NCBI GenBank assembly: GCA_963745835.1
Contig: CAVUZH010000013.1
Span: 320,001 to 384,000 of the forward strand
Length of the DNA stretch: 64,000 nucleotides
DNA from: an uncultured delta proteobacterium
GTDB lineage: Bacteria > Desulfobacterota > Binatia > UBA9968
Direction: 5' to 3'
Below, piece by piece: positions 61,482 through 64,000 of this stretch; position 1 is the stretch's first letter; the number at the start of each line of letters is the position of its first letter. Under the pieces are notes generated by a model. The model was not told the origin of the DNA and ran no database searches. It saw only the letters and a program-made list of their open reading frames with translations. Position numbers and translations under genes: made by a program.

Positions 61482-62495
61482 ATGAAGTTTTCGCCTGCCG
61501 GCGCCGCTGACGTACCGAGTCTCTTTGGCCTTCTTACGGCTAACATATGCCTTGTAGCCTTGCTCGCTTCCGGCCTGGTGATTTCAGAAGTAGAAGCTCT
61601 GGACAAAGTTCGTATCGCGGTGTCGAACCCAAACATGCCGAACTTGACCGTCGCCATGGCGCAGCAAAAGGGGCTCTTCAAGGATGAAAACATCGAGGCT
61701 GAAATTATCCGGATGAACCCCAATGTCGCCGTTACGGCGCTGGCCACCGGTGATGTCGACTATTGCCAACTGTTCGGAGCGGTTGTCGGCGGAGCTATCG
61801 CCGGCTTGCCGATCAGAATCGTTGCCGGCTACTTGGACAACTGGCCAATGACACTGATCGCGCAGCCGGAATTCAGAACGCTTAAGGATGTCAAGGGTAA
61901 GACACTCGGCATCAGCAGCTTTGGCGCGACCCCGGACCTTGCGGCGCGCTTGATGCTTAAGCAAGTCGGGATTGATCCGGAGAAAGAGATCAAGATTCTC
62001 GCATTGGGGTCCGATGCGGCAAGACTTACCGCGCTGAAACAGAGGGTAGTGGATCTCATCGTAATTTCGCCACCTGCGGACACCCAGATGGAAAAACAAG
62101 GCTATAAGATTATGGCACGAGCTTACGAGCTATTTAGCTTTCCCTACCTCGGGCTCGGCACGCACACAAGAAAAATCCAAGAGAGACCCGATGAGATCCG
62201 GCGGACTATTAAGGCAACCATTCGCGCCAATCGCTTTATCAGGGATAATCGAGATGAAGCCGTGCGCGTCCTGGTCGGGTGGGGCAAAGTCGAGCGTGAC
62301 TTCGCCTACGCCTCGTATGATGCGTTGCGCAATCTCTTCAATGCCGACGGCGCCGTTCCGGAAGACGGACTCAAGCTGGTCATCGACCAAGCTCGGCGCA
62401 GCGCAAAGATCGCTCGTGAAGTTGCATCCGCCGATGTCGCTGACCTGAGTTTCTTGCGAGAGGCGCAAAGCGAGCTCGGCATCAAAGGACGTTGA
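61482..62495 (+). CDS. ABC substrate-binding protein, NMT1/SsuA family
   Basis: KGLFKDENIEAE, ALATGDVDY, DVKGKTLGISSFGA; start uncertain. Confidence 0.85.
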   Translation: MKFSPAGAADVPSLFGLLTANICLVALLASGLVISEVEALDKVRIAVSNPNMPNLTVAMAQQKGLFKDENIEAEIIRMNPNVAVTALATGDVDYCQLFGAVVGGAIAGLPIRIVAGYLDNWPMTLIAQPEFRTLKDVKGKTLGISSFGATPDLAARLMLKQVGIDPEKEIKILALGSDAARLTALKQRVVDLIVISPPADTQMEKQGYKIMARAYELFSFPYLGLGTHTRKIQERPDEIRRTIKATIRANRFIRDNRDEAVRVLVGWGKVERDFAYASYDALRNLFNADGAVPEDGLKLVIDQARRSAKIAREVASADVADLSFLREAQSELGIKGR

Positions 62496-62743
62496 ATTTT
62501 ATTGGACATGAGGCGTGGGCCGCTTAGGATCTGTTCCTGATGCGCTGTCATTCCAATTCACCGGTCTCCAACCCCCCCTTCTTGACAGGCAAGCTCCGCG
62601 TTGGCTGGTGAGGACTCGCGTCGATCTGAACCCAACACACGATATTTTAAAGGCGTTTTGAGCTGCTTGCCGCACCCGAGTTGACAGTCTTCATGGCAGG
62701 GAATATTGTTCATCTCCTGCAAGCAGCTCTGAAAGGAAACGTT

Positions 62744-63016
62744 ATGGCCCTGTCGTACGAGGATCTCATCGAACCGGCAATCGTCAAGCAAGTGTCCAAA
62801 ACCGTGGCCTATTGCCGCTGCACCCGGACCAAAACCCCGCCTTTCTGCGACGGTTCGCATGCCGCGACAAACATAGAACCGCACATACTGGAATTCGCGG
62901 AGCCGACGACCATTGCCATCTGCCGCTGCTGGAGGTCAAAGGATCACCCTTACTGTGACGGCACTCACGGCCGGCTGGTGAAACCCAAAGAACGTCCACA
63001 AAAGCAGCACGTTTAG
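62744..63016 (+). CDS. Tandem CDGSH iron-sulfur domain protein (MiNT/CISD3-like)
   Basis: CRCTRTKTPPFCDGSH and CRCWRSKDHPYCDGTH. Confidence 0.88.
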   Translation: MALSYEDLIEPAIVKQVSKTVAYCRCTRTKTPPFCDGSHAATNIEPHILEFAEPTTIAICRCWRSKDHPYCDGTHGRLVKPKERPQKQHV

Positions 63017-63027
63017 AAACCATGTCC

Positions 63028-63153
63028 TAGCAGGTTGATCAAAACGTTGCAGCTACCAGGCGGGCGATAATCGATGAGCCGAACGTACTCGGCGCAAATT
63101 GGAGTGAATCGGACAAACAAAACGAATTAAAACGAGCGTTTCATCGGTCTGTA
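63028..63153. repeat. Diverged inverted copy of the 10294-10417 element
   Basis: gatcaaaacgttgcagctaccaggcgggcgataatcgatgagccgaacgtac aligns with the reverse complement of 10294-10417 (ggtcaaaaaggtccagctatgaggcgcgcgaagattgatgagctgaggcgtac). Confidence 0.6.
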
Positions 63154-63172
63154 AATTTACGGGAGGGACGAT

Positions 63173-63559
63173 ATGGTCGAGATGAAAAATCTGGTAAAAG
63201 AAGCCGACGCCAACCCGGGCATCAATCACCTGAGCCTATGGCGAACCGATCTGGCTTACTTCTGGGTAATCAACTGCGAACCCAAGGTTCAAGACGACAT
63301 GCACTATCATGAAAACGACGATCATATATTCATGGTGATCGAAGGCGAATGCACCGTGCGCACACCGCGTAAAGAGTTCGTTTTGAAACAATTCGATACA
63401 GTGCTGTTAAAATCCGGCGAATCTTATCAACTCTGCAACACCGGAACCGGCAGAATGCTTCTCCTGGGAGCGGGCAATGCCGGCGTCAACGGCCAACCGC
63501 GCACGCGCGTCCCAAAAATTCCCAGCCATATCCCGCTGCGCGAACCCATCGTCGCCTAA
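63173..63559 (+). CDS. Cupin domain protein
   Basis: MHYHENDDHIFMVIEGE, CNTG; GGGAGG RBS. Confidence 0.85.
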   Translation: MVEMKNLVKEADANPGINHLSLWRTDLAYFWVINCEPKVQDDMHYHENDDHIFMVIEGECTVRTPRKEFVLKQFDTVLLKSGESYQLCNTGTGRMLLLGAGNAGVNGQPRTRVPKIPSHIPLREPIVA

Positions 63560-63571
63560 ACGCTAGCGATC

Positions 63572-63610
63572 GCTCTTCCCCCTCCCCTCCGTTATCGGGG
63601 GGGAGGGAGC
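63572..63610. terminator. GC-rich hairpin between convergent genes
   Basis: GCTCTTCCCCCTCCCC...GGGGGGGAGGGAGC imperfect inverted repeat. Confidence 0.45.
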
Positions 63611-63658
63611 ACTCCTGGTTCTTGTAACACCTCACGCCGCCGATATGTCGCATCAGGG

Positions 63659-64000
63659 CTAAGGAGACGGGACGTTAGACACCGGCCCTCGGCGGGTGAC
63701 GAACAGCAATGCGGATGCGGCAATCGCGCAGACAGCGCCGCAAACGCCAAAGCTCCAATTGACGCCGATCACCGAGGCGGCTGTACCGATAATAACACTA
63801 CCCAGAGACCACAAGCCGCGATCCATAAAGAACAAACTTAAGACTCGCCCCAGCAGATGCGGCGGCGTGGCAACTTGTATAGCCGTGTTGGACAGGGCGC
63901 GTTCGGCTATCTGGCTAAAACCTACCATCGCTAGAAAAATCAGTGACAAGACAAATGACTGAGAAAAGGCGAACAGAATCAGGGAAAACGCAAACCCCAG
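63659..64000 (-). CDS. MFS transporter, C-terminal part (runs off the window)
   Basis: IQ..TP..LLGRVLSL, TM helices typical of DHA3/EntS-like MFS. Confidence 0.8.
   Translation of the reverse strand: MGFAFSLILFAFSQSFVLSLIFLAMVGFSQIAERALSNTAIQVATPPHLLGRVLSLFFMDRGLWSLGSVIIGTAASVIGVNWSFGVCGAVCAIAASALLFVTRRGPVSNVPSP

Noticed and set aside
1-64000. CRISPR array, tRNA or rRNA
   Set aside because: No regularly spaced 25-45 bp repeats with spacers and no recognisable tRNA/rRNA signatures; only 7-9 bp tandem repeats.

Overview
64 kb of bacterial chromosomal DNA of moderately high GC. The gene content suggests Candidatus Binatia (Binatota, formerly 'Deltaproteobacteria'); this is inference from many orphan NMT1/SsuA-type solute-binding proteins, a zinc-ribbon cyclase-NTPase-TPR protein and short intergenic tandem repeats. 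Positions 1-33 kb and 58-64 kb carry catabolic and transport genes. These include a molybdenum hydroxylase (L-M-S) + NitT/TauT ABC transporter + UbiD decarboxylase operon, a CdaA-YbbR fusion, maiA, TerC, and vWA and FIST proteins. The main feature is a ~20 kb minus-strand cluster (37.4-57.9 kb): sigma54-type promoter > small secreted protein > Sfp PPTase > zinc-ribbon/class III cyclase/NTPase/TPR protein > NRPS-1 (A-T-C-A-T-C-A-T) > NRPS-2 (docking-C-A-T-C) > alpha/beta hydrolase > small basic protein. It lies next to a GAF-sigma54 activator and a decayed copy of that activator's HTH. The NRPS has no TE domain, two adenylation domains lacking the amino-binding Asp (one LYS2-like), and an apparent ATA start overlapping the upstream stop. 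Many frameshifts at 49.3-56.3 kb are either indel sequencing errors or decay. No rRNA, tRNA, CRISPR array, integrase or transposase was seen.
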